DNA of 64,000 bases, taken from Thermodesulfobacteriota bacterium (GTDB taxonomy: Bacteria > Desulfobacterota_D > UBA1144 > Nemesobacterales > Nemesobacteraceae). Below the pieces are notes generated by a model. The model saw only the letters and a list, made by a program, of their open reading frames with translations, was not told where the DNA came from and did no database searches. A program made the translations under genes and the position numbers. Of the stretch, positions 10,403 through 19,794 are shown piece by piece. The DNA lies in assembly GCA_965202785.1 (NCBI GenBank), contig OZ241855.1, forward strand, positions 896,001-960,000, given 5' to 3'. The number at the start of each line of letters is the position of its first letter. The first letter of the stretch is position 1.

Positions 10403-11056
10403 ATACAGATCCCACAGAGGGACAAGCCGCACTAACAGATCTCGGGTTTCGAGAATAAAAGCGGCAGGATCCGCTGCTACCTCGCTCGGTTCCCGCGTCT
10501 GAAGAGCGCAAAGGTGCGGCCCTTCAAGAAAACTTTCCGCCTTTGCCGGGTCGAGCGTCCGGTCAACTTCGCCATACTTTTTGCACGCGACCAAATCAAT
10601 ATCAGTTCCGAGGCCGATTTCTTGGGCCAAATTGATGACTCCCTGTGAATCATTTTCAATTTCTTCGGCCATCGGGGCGTCGGGGGCGAGTAGCGAGGTA
10701 GGCACGTAAAGTCCCCGCCATACGCCTTCCGGCTGAAGGCCCAGAAATAATTGAGCGTCAAGTCTTTTGCGCCCCTCTCTGTAAAAAAGAGCGAGCATGT
10801 TGTCTTTGTAGGGACTTTGCCCTTTGGCAAAACGCATGTCCCGGTTTATCCGGGTAATCGTTTTGTTGACGGTGGGGCGGATCTCGCAGTCTTTGATCAC
10901 TTCGCGGAGACTGGGACCTATGTCGGCGACGGCTTGGCGCAAGGGCCCGAGGAGGCTTTCCTCGTACCGCCCGCGGTTTTCCTCAAACCATGTCTTGTCG
11001 CGCGGACTGCTGAGATCCTTTAGAAAACGGAAGGTTTCTGAGGAGAAGCGCTTCAT
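10385..11056 (-). CDS. DUF2461 (TIGR02453) family protein
   Basis: FS.ETFRFLKDL, WFEENRGRYE, RINRDMRFAK..SPYK. Confidence 0.85.
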   Translation of the reverse strand: MKRFSSETFRFLKDLSSPRDKTWFEENRGRYEESLLGPLRQAVADIGPSLREVIKDCEIRPTVNKTITRINRDMRFAKGQSPYKDNMLALFYREGRKRLDAQLFLGLQPEGVWRGLYVPTSLLAPDAPMAEEIENDSQGVINLAQEIGLGTDIDLVACKKYGEVDRTLDPAKAESFLEGPHLCALQTREPSEVAADPAAFILETRDLLVRLVPLWDLYSGKMF

Positions 11057-11114
11057 ATGTGGTGCTGTCCGGCTTCAGTCCGCTTGACTTGCGGACGTCA
11101 CATAGTAACGGCGC

Positions 11115-12254
11115 CTATGCCGTTCCCAACATTTCCGATACCTTGGCAACACCGGCTCCGCCCGTGAAGTCGTGTCCCAAAGATTCCAAGACGGATTCAA
11201 GGGCCGAAACAAACGCTACCATGTCGTTTCGGTCGACGTCTCCTATGTGGGATACCCGGAAGATTTTCCCCTTGGCATGATCCTGTCCGCCTGCGACGGT
11301 CATACCGAATTTCGCTTGAAGCTCGGAGATGATCTTTCCTGCCCCTATTTCTTCGGGTGCTACTCCCACGGTAAGTGCCGGGCTTGCCGCATCAGTGGTG
11401 AAGAGATCTATGTCGATCGCTTGCAGCGCCTGGCGGGTCGCAAGCGACATCATCTCACGTTTTCTGTAAATGTTCTCCATTCCCTCTTCCATAAATCCCT
11501 CTATAACTTTGCCGAGGCCGACTATGAGAGTGACGGCCGGGGTCCAAGGTGTCGTGTTTTTCTGGGCGCTTTTCTGGTAGTCAGCAAAGTTGAGATAGAA
11601 CTTCGGGAGGTCCGAGGTCTTGTTGAATTCCCAGGCTTTCTCGCTCATCGCTGCGAATGAAAGCCCCGGGGGGAGCATGAAAGCCTTCTGCGAACCGCCC
11701 ACGAGAACATCTATTCCCAGCTCGTCAAACGGGAGAGGAAACACCCCGACGGCGGTTATGCCGTCAACTATCAACAGCACGTCGTCTCTTTTCGAGGTAA
11801 TCGCCGCGACTTGATCGGTTGGGTGCTTGACTCCGGTGGAGGTTTCACTTGCCTGCATCAGAACCGCCCTTATCGAGGGGTCGCTGTCGAGTTTCTCCTC
11901 TATGATTGCGGAGGAAACCGCCTCGCCCCAAGTAACGCCTATCTCATCCACTTCTAGTCCGTAGGCCCTTGCGATCTTTCCCCACCTCTCTCCGAATTTC
12001 CCGCCGTTTACCGTGATTACCTTATCGCCTGCGCGGAGAGTGTTCACAACTGCTCCTTCCATGGCGCCGGTTCCCGAAGCCGCCAGTATAAAAACTTCGT
12101 TTTCGGTCTGAAAAATGTGTTTCAGCCCTTCTCTTGCCCGCTCGAATATAGCTTCGAATTCCTTGGTTCTGTGGTGAATGAGCGGTCTTGCCATCTCAAC
12201 CATTATTTCGCTTGAGACCGCGACAGGACCCGGGGTCAGCAGCAATCTTTTCAT
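11115..12254 (-). CDS. Class V PLP aminotransferase (alanine/serine-glyoxylate type)
   Basis: LLTPGP, SGTGAMEGA, SETSTGV, VDGIT, GSQKAFMLPPGL (PLP Lys), FRVSHIG. Confidence 0.93.
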   Translation of the reverse strand: MKRLLLTPGPVAVSSEIMVEMARPLIHHRTKEFEAIFERAREGLKHIFQTENEVFILAASGTGAMEGAVVNTLRAGDKVITVNGGKFGERWGKIARAYGLEVDEIGVTWGEAVSSAIIEEKLDSDPSIRAVLMQASETSTGVKHPTDQVAAITSKRDDVLLIVDGITAVGVFPLPFDELGIDVLVGGSQKAFMLPPGLSFAAMSEKAWEFNKTSDLPKFYLNFADYQKSAQKNTTPWTPAVTLIVGLGKVIEGFMEEGMENIYRKREMMSLATRQALQAIDIDLFTTDAASPALTVGVAPEEIGAGKIISELQAKFGMTVAGGQDHAKGKIFRVSHIGDVDRNDMVAFVSALESVLESLGHDFTGGAGVAKVSEMLGTA

Positions 12255-12406
12255 TTGGTGTTTCTCCTCACATTATTAAAGGATTAAATCAAAGCGGATA
12301 AAATACCCACAAACCTGCGGCGTTTCAATTGATCCGCATGTCGTTTTTTTGAATTCGCAGGTTATTTGCGTACTATGTTTCGGTGCGTTCTAAGGAGGTA
12401 TCTTAG

Positions 12407-13529
12407 ATGAAAGAAGAACTGCGCGGTCTTGTAGAAGACCTCAGAAGCAGAATCCACAGGACAGGAGACTGTCTTTGACCTGCCTTCCAAGGCTAACAGA
12501 CTCAAAGAACTTGAAAAAATTACTTCAGGTCCCGGCTTCTGGGACAATTCTGAACTAGCGCGCAAGACGCTTCAGGAACAATCCGAAATCAAGGACCGTA
12601 TTTCGGGATTCGAGAAGCTCCGTTCCGACATGGAGGACGCGGCGTGTCTTTTCGAACTTGCGGTCGGTGAAGACGATCAGGATTCGATTGAAGAGGCAGG
12701 TAGCATGCTTGCGTCCGTAGAAGCCAGGCTTGCCGAACTTGAGTTCACCCGGATTCTTGGCGGTCCTGACGACGCTCGAAACGCCATAGTATCGGTAAAC
12801 GCCGGGGCGGGGGGGACAGAAGCTCAGGACTGGGCCGAGATGCTTCTTCGCATGTACCTTCGGTACGCGGAGAGAAAGGGGTTTTCAGCGAAACTGCTTG
12901 AGACTCAGGACGGAGAGGAAGCCGGCATAAAGAGCGCCACTATTCTTGCCCAAGGGGGGTTTGCTTTCGGTTATCTCAAGGCGGAGACCGGGGTTCACAG
13001 ACTGGTGAGGATATCCCCGTTTGACTCGAATAAAAGGAGGCACACGTCGTTCGCCTCGGTTTTTGTTTCTCCCGAGATAGATGATTCAATAGAGGTGAAC
13101 ATAGAGGAAAAGGACCTCAGGATTGACACTTACCGTGCGAGCGGAAAGGGCGGACAGCACGTTAACAAAACGGATTCCGCGGTCCGCATCACCCACCTGC
13201 CCACCGGAGTTGCGGTCAGCTGCCAGAACGAGAGGTCGCAACGCCAGAACAAGGAAAGTGCCATGAAGATACTCAAGGCAAGGCTCTACGAACTGCGCAG
13301 GATGGAGGAAAAACAAAAAGAAGATGAACTCAATTCTTCGAAAAAGGAAATCGGCTGGGGAAGTCAGATAAGATCGTATGTCATGCACCCCTATCGCATG
13401 GTGAAAGATCACCGTACCAATTTCGAGTCCTCAGGGGTTGATGCGATACTTGACGGAGAGATAGATGATTTTATAGAATCGTATCTTTTGCATGATGCGA
13501 CTGAAAATCCAGGGGAGGAAGCGACTTGA
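12407..13529 (+). CDS. prfB: Peptide chain release factor 2, expressed via programmed +1 frameshift
   Basis: AGGAGG SD, ATG 12407, 23 codons ending CTT TGA C (12473-12479); the +1 frame continues DLPSKANRLKELE...GFWDN into the track ORF carrying SPF and GGQ motifs. Confidence 0.97.
12463..12479 (+). other. prfB programmed ribosomal frameshift cassette (internal SD plus CUU UGA C)
   Basis: AGGAGA-CTGT-CTT-TGA-C read directly; frame arithmetic links both parts of prfB. Confidence 0.95.
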
Positions 13530-14392
13530 AGTTCGGTATAACGGGTAAAAAGGATAGCGCGGAAGTCTACGAGATTGCCAGGCGGCTGTGCGGGTGGCTT
13601 CGCGAAAGAGACATAGAGTTCTTCGTTGAGGAGAATCTTGGGCGGAGCATAGACGCTGAGAACGTGCTTGCGGAGCGCGACCTAGCTGCGGCCGTCGACA
13701 TAATAGTTGTGTTCGGGGGTGACGGTTCCTTTATCTGGGTTTCACGGATGGTGCAGGGCCACGATGTATCAATACTGGGCTGCAATCTCGGCGGACTCGG
13801 GTTTCTCACTGAATTCACTGTGGATGAGTTTTTTCCGATGATGGAGAGAGTGCTAGCCGGAGACTACGAGATAGAAAAAAGGGACATGATATCGTGCTGC
13901 GTAGACAGAAAGGACGGAGAGCGGGAAGAATTCACGGTACTAAACGACGTAGTTATAAACAACGGTCCAATTTCCAAGGTTGTGGATCTCTCCATATATA
14001 TAAACGAAAAATACGTTACGACCTTTAAGGCTGACGGAATTATCTTCGCGACCCCTACCGGCTCAACCGCCTATTCTCTTTCTGCGGGCGGGCCGATAAT
14101 TTATCCGACGCTGCCCGTGATAACCGTCACTCCAATATGTCCGCATATTCTTACCAACAGGCCTATCGTGGTTCCCTACACGAAAAAGATAAGGACGAGG
14201 GTGCTTACCGACATACAGAACACCTACCTCACGCTTGACGGTCAGGTGGGAGTTCCTCTTTATCTCGGCGACGAGGTTGTTCTTGAGGGTTCGGAGAGCT
14301 ACGTGAATATCATAAAATCTCCTTTCAGGGATTATTTCAACATTCTGAAGACAAAGCTTATGTGGAGCGGGAGATATGAAAATTCCGAGTGA
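13526..14392 (+). CDS. nadK: NAD kinase
   Basis: FGGDGS, NLGGLGFL, NDVV, ADGIIFATPTGSTAYSLSAGGP. Confidence 0.96.
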   Translation: MKFGITGKKDSAEVYEIARRLCGWLRERDIEFFVEENLGRSIDAENVLAERDLAAAVDIIVVFGGDGSFIWVSRMVQGHDVSILGCNLGGLGFLTEFTVDEFFPMMERVLAGDYEIEKRDMISCCVDRKDGEREEFTVLNDVVINNGPISKVVDLSIYINEKYVTTFKADGIIFATPTGSTAYSLSAGGPIIYPTLPVITVTPICPHILTNRPIVVPYTKKIRTRVLTDIQNTYLTLDGQVGVPLYLGDEVVLEGSESYVNIIKSPFRDYFNILKTKLMWSGRYENSE

Positions 14393-14744
14393 GGAGAAGT
14401 TAATCCATGACTGGGTAATAAGTCAGGTGGAGCACAAATACTCCTCCCTTTATAATGAGATAAGTACCAACCCCGGCGAAGAGCAACTCTGTGAGTTCGA
14501 GGGTTTTTTCCCCGACGTAATTCTCGGTTCATATGGGCAGGTCGTGCAGATTATTGAAGTTGAGACCGAAGCCACTATCGACGAAAAAAGAAGCGAGTAC
14601 TGGAAAGCGCTCTCGGAGCTTTCAGTCCAGCTTATCCTGCTCGTTCCCGCAAAGTCAAAGACCCACGTCACAGATCTTTGCTGGAAATGCGGGCTCGCCG
14701 GCAAAGTGAAAATAGGAACTTTCGAGGTCTCAATCAGGATATAG
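14376..14744 (+). CDS. Hypothetical protein, possible PD-(D/E)xK-like fold
   Basis: Overlaps the nadK stop; FPDVIL...IIEVET pattern. Confidence 0.7.
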   Translation: MKIPSEEKLIHDWVISQVEHKYSSLYNEISTNPGEEQLCEFEGFFPDVILGSYGQVVQIIEVETEATIDEKRSEYWKALSELSVQLILLVPAKSKTHVTDLCWKCGLAGKVKIGTFEVSIRI

Positions 14745-15683
14745 GGAGCTTCCGGGCGTTCCCATGAACTGCCCTTCCCGAAGATCTTTTTTGCCCCGTT
14801 TGAATTCAGGAGCGTCCATTTTTCTCCCCCCTTCGATTTGAAGGGAGAGTATCTGCAAGATCCCATTACCCGTTGCAACATCCAAGCTTTCTCCCCCGAG
14901 CGATACTATTTCTCCGGGTCTTCCCTGCCCCGGGCCCGAAAGTGCCCTTAATATCTTGAGGTTTTTTCCCCCGAGCGTGGTGTGGGCGCACGGCCACGGA
15001 GTCATCGCCCTTACTAGGTTCTTTATCTCTTCTGCGTCCCGGTTCCAGTCCACCCGGCCGTCTTTTCTCGAAATAAGAGGTGCGTAGGTGGCTGCGGCCG
15101 GATCCTGCTTTACAGGAGATATTTCATTTTTTGCGATGCGGTCGATCGTTTGCAAAAGAAGCTGTGCTCCTTCAAGCGAAAGTTTTTTTGAAAGTTCCTC
15201 GGCGGTTTCCTCATCCCCTATCGGCACCTCTGTTTGAGCGAGAATGTCTCCCGTGTCCATTTCCTCGTCAATATACATGATTGTAACTCCCGTTTTTTTC
15301 TCTCCCTTCGCTATCGCCCAGTTAATCGGGGCTGCTCCCCTGTAGCTGGGAAGCAGCGATGCATGAAGGTTTACGCAACCGAAAGGGGGTGCGTCAAGCA
15401 TGGCGGTGGGAAGCATCTTTCCGTAGGCTACGACCGCTATGAGATCGGGGGAAAGGGCCTTCAGTGTCTCTTCGAACTCGGGTGTTTTTAAGTCTTGGGG
15501 CTGAAAAACGGGGACTCCGCGCTCCGCGGCAATTTTTTTTGTTTCCGGCCATACGGGTTTTCGACTTCTCCCCCTTGGCCTGTCCGGCTTCGAGAGAAGC
15601 GCGATTACCTCGTGGAGAGAATCGCAAAGTACCTCAAGCGATGGTACGGCGAATTCTGGTGTTCCGGCGAAAAGAATTCTCAT
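14730..15683 (-). CDS. fmt: Methionyl-tRNA formyltransferase
   Basis: FAGTPEFAVPSL, NLHASLLPSYRGAAPINWAI, MDTGDIL. Confidence 0.98.
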   Translation of the reverse strand: MRILFAGTPEFAVPSLEVLCDSLHEVIALLSKPDRPRGRSRKPVWPETKKIAAERGVPVFQPQDLKTPEFEETLKALSPDLIAVVAYGKMLPTAMLDAPPFGCVNLHASLLPSYRGAAPINWAIAKGEKKTGVTIMYIDEEMDTGDILAQTEVPIGDEETAEELSKKLSLEGAQLLLQTIDRIAKNEISPVKQDPAAATYAPLISRKDGRVDWNRDAEEIKNLVRAMTPWPCAHTTLGGKNLKILRALSGPGQGRPGEIVSLGGESLDVATGNGILQILSLQIEGGRKMDAPEFKRGKKDLREGQFMGTPGSSLYPD

Positions 15684-15757
15684 TTTTCCGTGTTCTTAAA
15701 GGAAGCGATTGCTTCAGTCTCCATATTTTTGCGCCTGCATGCGATTTTTGCTCTAAA

Positions 15758-15796
15758 CGGTTTTTTTCAGTGCACACTGTGCACATTTTTTAGGCA
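15758..15796. promoter_or_regulatory. Tandem NtrC-like enhancer boxes
   Basis: TGCAC-N7-AGGCA at 15780-15796 and a half-matching box ending GTGCA at 15758-15774, 22 bp apart, about 110-145 bp upstream of a sigma54 promoter. Confidence 0.7.
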
Positions 15797-15903
15797 TGGT
15801 TTGCAGGCTCTAAGTCTACTTGAAAATCTCGAGCCCTTGGGGATTTATTTTTTTCTAGTTATTTCAGAGGGTTAGAGGGAGCACTTCCTGTCTTCTGGTT
15901 TTA

Positions 15904-15919
15904 TGGCCCTTTAATTGCA
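15904..15919 (+). promoter_or_regulatory. Sigma54 (-24/-12) promoter of the amt-porin operon
   Basis: TGGCCC-N5-TTGCA with GG (15905-6) and GC (15917-8) exactly 12 bp apart, upstream of an ammonium transporter. Confidence 0.8.
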
Positions 15920-15963
15920 AAAGGTATTGAGAAGAAAATTGTCCAAACATGGAGGAGTTGGTT

Positions 15964-17316
15964 ATGAATATCGCAGATTTTTTAAGAAAACCCTTCGGAT
16001 GCAGCCGCGTGCTGTTTCTTTCGGTTTTCGCTTTTGTTGTTCTGGGGGGCTATTCAGCTTTTGCGTCAGAAGGTGCGGCCCATTCTGTCTTCGTGGCGAA
16101 CAACGTGTGGATGCTGCTTGCGACTTTTCTTGTCTTTATAATGCATCTCGGATTTGCCTCTCTCGAGACCGGACTTACCAGATCAAAGAACACGGTAAAC
16201 ATACTTTTTAAAAACACGTTTATCATTTCAGCGGGCATTCTCACTTACGCACTTATGGGTTTTAACCTTATGTACCCGGGGGATTTCAACCTTATAAGTG
16301 GCGGCATCTTCGGCTTTGCCGGTTTCGGTATTTCATCGCCGGCCGGGGCTGAGGGGCTCATAGAGTATGCAGATGGTGGCTATACCTACTACACCGATTT
16401 CATATTCCAGGCAATGTTTGCCGCAACAGCGGCCACGATTGTCTCTGGAGCTGTTGCCGAACGTATAAAGCTTTCAAGTTTTCTTATTTTCGCAACCATA
16501 TTCGTCGCCATCGTGTATCCCATAGCTGGGTCCTGGAAATGGGGTGGCGGATGGCTTGATCAGATGGGTTTTTACGATTTCGCCGGTTCCACGCTCGTTC
16601 ACAGCGTAGGCGGATGGGGAGGACTTGTCGGAGCCTATCTTCTCGGCCCGCGCATAGGGAAATACCTCGCCTCAGGAGCGATGAGACCGATTCCCGGTCA
16701 TTCGCTACCTCTTCTTGCTATCGGCGTGTTCCTGCTCTGGATGGGGTGGTTCGGTTTTAACGGCGGTTCGGTGCTGAGCGCGGATCCGGAACTGATTTCG
16801 CTGGTCATAGTGACGACTTCGCTTGCGGCTGCTGCGGGCGCTTTAGGAGCGGCTTTCACGTCGTGGGGAACTTTTAAGTATCCTGACCTCTCCATGGCTC
16901 TAAACGGTGTGCTTGCGGGTCTTGTGGGAATCACCGCCGGAGCCGACGTGGTCTCTCCGGGAGAGGCGGTCATCATAGGACTTGTGGCCGGAATAATAGT
17001 GGTTTTCGCGGTCAGTTTCTTCGACAAGATAAGAATAGATGACCCGGTGGGTGCGATTTCCGTTCACCTGGTCTGCGGTATATGGGGAACGCTTGCCGTG
17101 GGAATTTTCGGAGGACCGGATTTCAGCTTTATGGTCCAGCTTATCGGAGTTCTGGCATACGGAGCCTTCACGGTTGTCTGCGCCTTCATCATCTTCTACG
17201 CCATAAAGATGGTTATGGGTATAAGGGTGAGCGAGGAAGAAGAGAGAAGAGGGCTCGACATAACCGAGCACGGAATGGAGTCCTATCCGGATTTCCAAGC
17301 CGCATCGGAGATTTAA
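15964..17316 (+). CDS. amtB: Ammonium transporter (Amt family), copy 1
   Basis: FQAMFAATAATIVSGAVAER, DFAGSTLVH, WFGFNGGS, DDPVGAISVH; GGAGG SD favours ATG 15964. Confidence 0.96.
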   Translation: MNIADFLRKPFGCSRVLFLSVFAFVVLGGYSAFASEGAAHSVFVANNVWMLLATFLVFIMHLGFASLETGLTRSKNTVNILFKNTFIISAGILTYALMGFNLMYPGDFNLISGGIFGFAGFGISSPAGAEGLIEYADGGYTYYTDFIFQAMFAATAATIVSGAVAERIKLSSFLIFATIFVAIVYPIAGSWKWGGGWLDQMGFYDFAGSTLVHSVGGWGGLVGAYLLGPRIGKYLASGAMRPIPGHSLPLLAIGVFLLWMGWFGFNGGSVLSADPELISLVIVTTSLAAAAGALGAAFTSWGTFKYPDLSMALNGVLAGLVGITAGADVVSPGEAVIIGLVAGIIVVFAVSFFDKIRIDDPVGAISVHLVCGIWGTLAVGIFGGPDFSFMVQLIGVLAYGAFTVVCAFIIFYAIKMVMGIRVSEEEERRGLDITEHGMESYPDFQAASEI

Positions 17317-17370
17317 TAGCAGCATGAAAACAGGAAAAAGGAAAATAACAACTCTTATAGGAGGAGAAAA

Positions 17371-18465
17371 ATGAGAAGTATAGTTTCTAAACTTTCATTG
17401 ATGATGATCGCGGCGGCTTTGCTGCTCGGGACCCAGTTCGGGGCCCCGAGGGCAAACGCCCTTGATCTCGGAAACCTCGAGTCGATCGGACTCGGCTTTT
17501 CGCTTGACACGACTTATCAGTATGTTTCGAACGGGGAAGTCGGAGAGGGTATTGCTGAGAGGGGTCTTTATCCCGAACACAACGATTTCTCTATAGATGC
17601 CTTTACGCTTTCGCTTGAAAAGGTTCCGACCGTCGGCGACGGAGCAATGGATCAGGTGGGTTTCAGGGCTGATGTTCTTTTTGGCGAGCAGGCTGAACGT
17701 CTCGGCTTCGGTTTTAACACCGACGGCGACGGCGCGGTAAGTCCTTATCAGGCTTACATAAACGTGCTCGTTCCATCGGGTGCCGGCGGTCTTAACATCT
17801 ACGCCGGTCAGTTCACCACGCTTGCGGGCTGGGAACTTATAGAAGCCAAGGACAACACCAACATAACGAGATCCCTGCTTTTTTACAGGATTCCGTTTGC
17901 GCACAGCGGTGTCCGGGCGACCTTCAGTGCCGGATCACTCGATTTCGCTCTCGGCTTAAGCAACGACTGGGACGCGGTTGATGATGTGGATGACGGCAAG
18001 ACGTTTGAATCGCAGATTGCGCTTAATTTCGCGAACGACGGCTGGCTCGGTGTTACCGGGTACTTCGGTGATACTGATGGCGATACCAGGACCCTTGTGA
18101 CGGTCGTTGGTACCATGACCCTCATGGAGAAGGTCACCTTGATAGCCGATTTCGAGTACACGTCGCATGACGCGGGGGGAGACCGTTGGGGTTTTGCCGG
18201 TTACGCGATAGTAAGTCTTGCGGACTCCATGTCACTCGCTCTCAGGGGTGAGTACGTTGATGAGTCGGAAAGAGTTGATACGCCGGACCTTGAGCTCTAC
18301 GAGTTCACCTCGACTCTTATATTGACTCCTTTCGAGTCCATGGGGAATTTCGAGACGAGGGTTGAGTACAGGTACGACAACGCGAACGGCGACGACTCTT
18401 ATTTTGCCGGGGAAGAGGATCAGCACGGATTTGCCGTACAGCTTCTTTACTGGCTTGACGTATAA
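17371..18465 (+). CDS. Outer-membrane beta-barrel porin (BBP2/OmpL-like)
   Basis: Signal peptide, alternating beta-strand pattern, GFRADVLFG, QAYI, GQFTTLAGWELIE..DNTNITRS, ETRVEYRYD. Confidence 0.8.
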   Translation: MRSIVSKLSLMMIAAALLLGTQFGAPRANALDLGNLESIGLGFSLDTTYQYVSNGEVGEGIAERGLYPEHNDFSIDAFTLSLEKVPTVGDGAMDQVGFRADVLFGEQAERLGFGFNTDGDGAVSPYQAYINVLVPSGAGGLNIYAGQFTTLAGWELIEAKDNTNITRSLLFYRIPFAHSGVRATFSAGSLDFALGLSNDWDAVDDVDDGKTFESQIALNFANDGWLGVTGYFGDTDGDTRTLVTVVGTMTLMEKVTLIADFEYTSHDAGGDRWGFAGYAIVSLADSMSLALRGEYVDESERVDTPDLELYEFTSTLILTPFESMGNFETRVEYRYDNANGDDSYFAGEEDQHGFAVQLLYWLDV

Positions 18466-18551
18466 ATAGAGGAAACAAAACACAACGCAGAAGAAAAAAA
18501 CCATCTCTCCATACCTCTTTTTTCTGTGTTCATGGGGCTTCGGTTCTTTAG

Positions 18552-18575
18552 AAAAGGGCCGGGGCCCTTTTGTTT
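18552..18575 (+). terminator. Rho-independent terminator (potentially bidirectional)
   Basis: AAAAGGGC-CGGG-GCCCTTTT-GTTT hairpin with a T tract. Confidence 0.85.
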
Positions 18576-18597
18576 ATGAATGAAGGAATTTTGTTTC

Positions 18598-18627
18598 TTG
18601 AAACAAAATATTTTCTTCGGGTAGAAT
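18598..18627 (+). promoter_or_regulatory. Sigma70-type promoter of tRNA-Phe
   Basis: TTGAAA-18 bp-TAGAAT ending 18 nt before the tRNA. Confidence 0.6.
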
Positions 18628-18645
18628 TAAACCCCGTTTGTTTCT

Positions 18646-18718
<73 letters not shown>

Positions 18719-18787
18719 CATTATTTTCATGGTATTTTTGCGGGAGAAGCGGAATCTTCCCTTTTTTCTGCCTAGGCTAGGTGGTTT

Positions 18788-19231
18788 ATGCCGAAGATGC
18801 TTAATCAGACAGCTAATGCTCTAGTTGCTATCGCGGCTCTTCTTGCGGCTTGCGCTTTCATCGTGTCATGTTCTTCCGAGGCTCAGACAAATCCGTGTCC
18901 GGACGGTACCGAACCTTATACTGAATACAGACTTTTTTTCGGGCGTGGGGACGACTCGGCACAGGTTGTGAGCGATGATGCTTGGGGAGAATTCCTTGAA
19001 GACACGATTACTGTTCAGTTCCCAGCCGGCCTTACCGTTCTGGACGCCCGTGGACAGTATACAGATTCCGCCGAAACACTGATAAGGGAAGATACGAAGG
19101 TACTTATAATTCTCGTCTCGCCGAATTCCGGTTCCGCTCCCAAGATAGACACAATTATTGATGAATACAAACAAAGGTTCACCCAGCAAGCGGTGCTGCG
19201 CCAGGTAATAGATACCTGCGCATCCTTCTGA
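18788..19231 (+). CDS. DUF3574 family lipoprotein
   Basis: Lipobox-like IVSC, RLFFGRG, VSDDAWGEFL, FPAGLTVLDARGQ, YKQRFTQQAVLR. Confidence 0.85.
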   Translation: MPKMLNQTANALVAIAALLAACAFIVSCSSEAQTNPCPDGTEPYTEYRLFFGRGDDSAQVVSDDAWGEFLEDTITVQFPAGLTVLDARGQYTDSAETLIREDTKVLIILVSPNSGSAPKIDTIIDEYKQRFTQQAVLRQVIDTCASF

Positions 19232-19380
19232 CCCTCTTGCCTTATTCCGGCTTTACTTCTTACCTTCTTTTCTTTGTTTTAACTCCTGTATCTAAAGTTG
19301 GTCTGAGCGGATTGTTTTGTTATGTACATTAGGTTAGTATTAGCTTACACAGGATTGTTTTATTCTCGGAGGAATTTTAA

Positions 19381-19794
19381 ATGAAGTTTGGAGATTATCT
19401 AAAGAGGATAAGGAAGAGGAAAAAGATTACCCAAGAGAACCTCGCTCGATCTCTTGAGGTTTCAAGCGTGTACATACATCAGCTTGAAACTGGAAAGGTT
19501 GACGCACCCTCCTTTGATCGCTGCCAGCAGATATCTTCAATCTTGGAAGTCAAGGTTGAGGAAATCTGGAGCGTCTCCAGGACGGAGAGACTCAAAAGAT
19601 TCATCGAAAAAGAGGCCATATCCGAACAGGAACTCGAAGTTCTCACGAATGAGGAGAAGATGCTCCTTAAGCTTTACAGAAGCCTTGACGGAGAAATAAA
19701 AAAGGATTTTGCCGGAATGGTATTCATGCTTCTCCGACATTCTCAGGACAAAAAGCTACGCAAGATACTTGAAGAGTTTGTAAAATGCGCCTGA
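19381..19794 (+). CDS. XRE/Cro-CI family HTH transcriptional regulator
   Basis: FGDYLKRIR...TQENLA...YIHQLETG..APS, plus a C-terminal LTNEEKMLLKLYRSL module. Confidence 0.9.
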   Translation: MKFGDYLKRIRKRKKITQENLARSLEVSSVYIHQLETGKVDAPSFDRCQQISSILEVKVEEIWSVSRTERLKRFIEKEAISEQELEVLTNEEKMLLKLYRSLDGEIKKDFAGMVFMLLRHSQDKKLRKILEEFVKCA

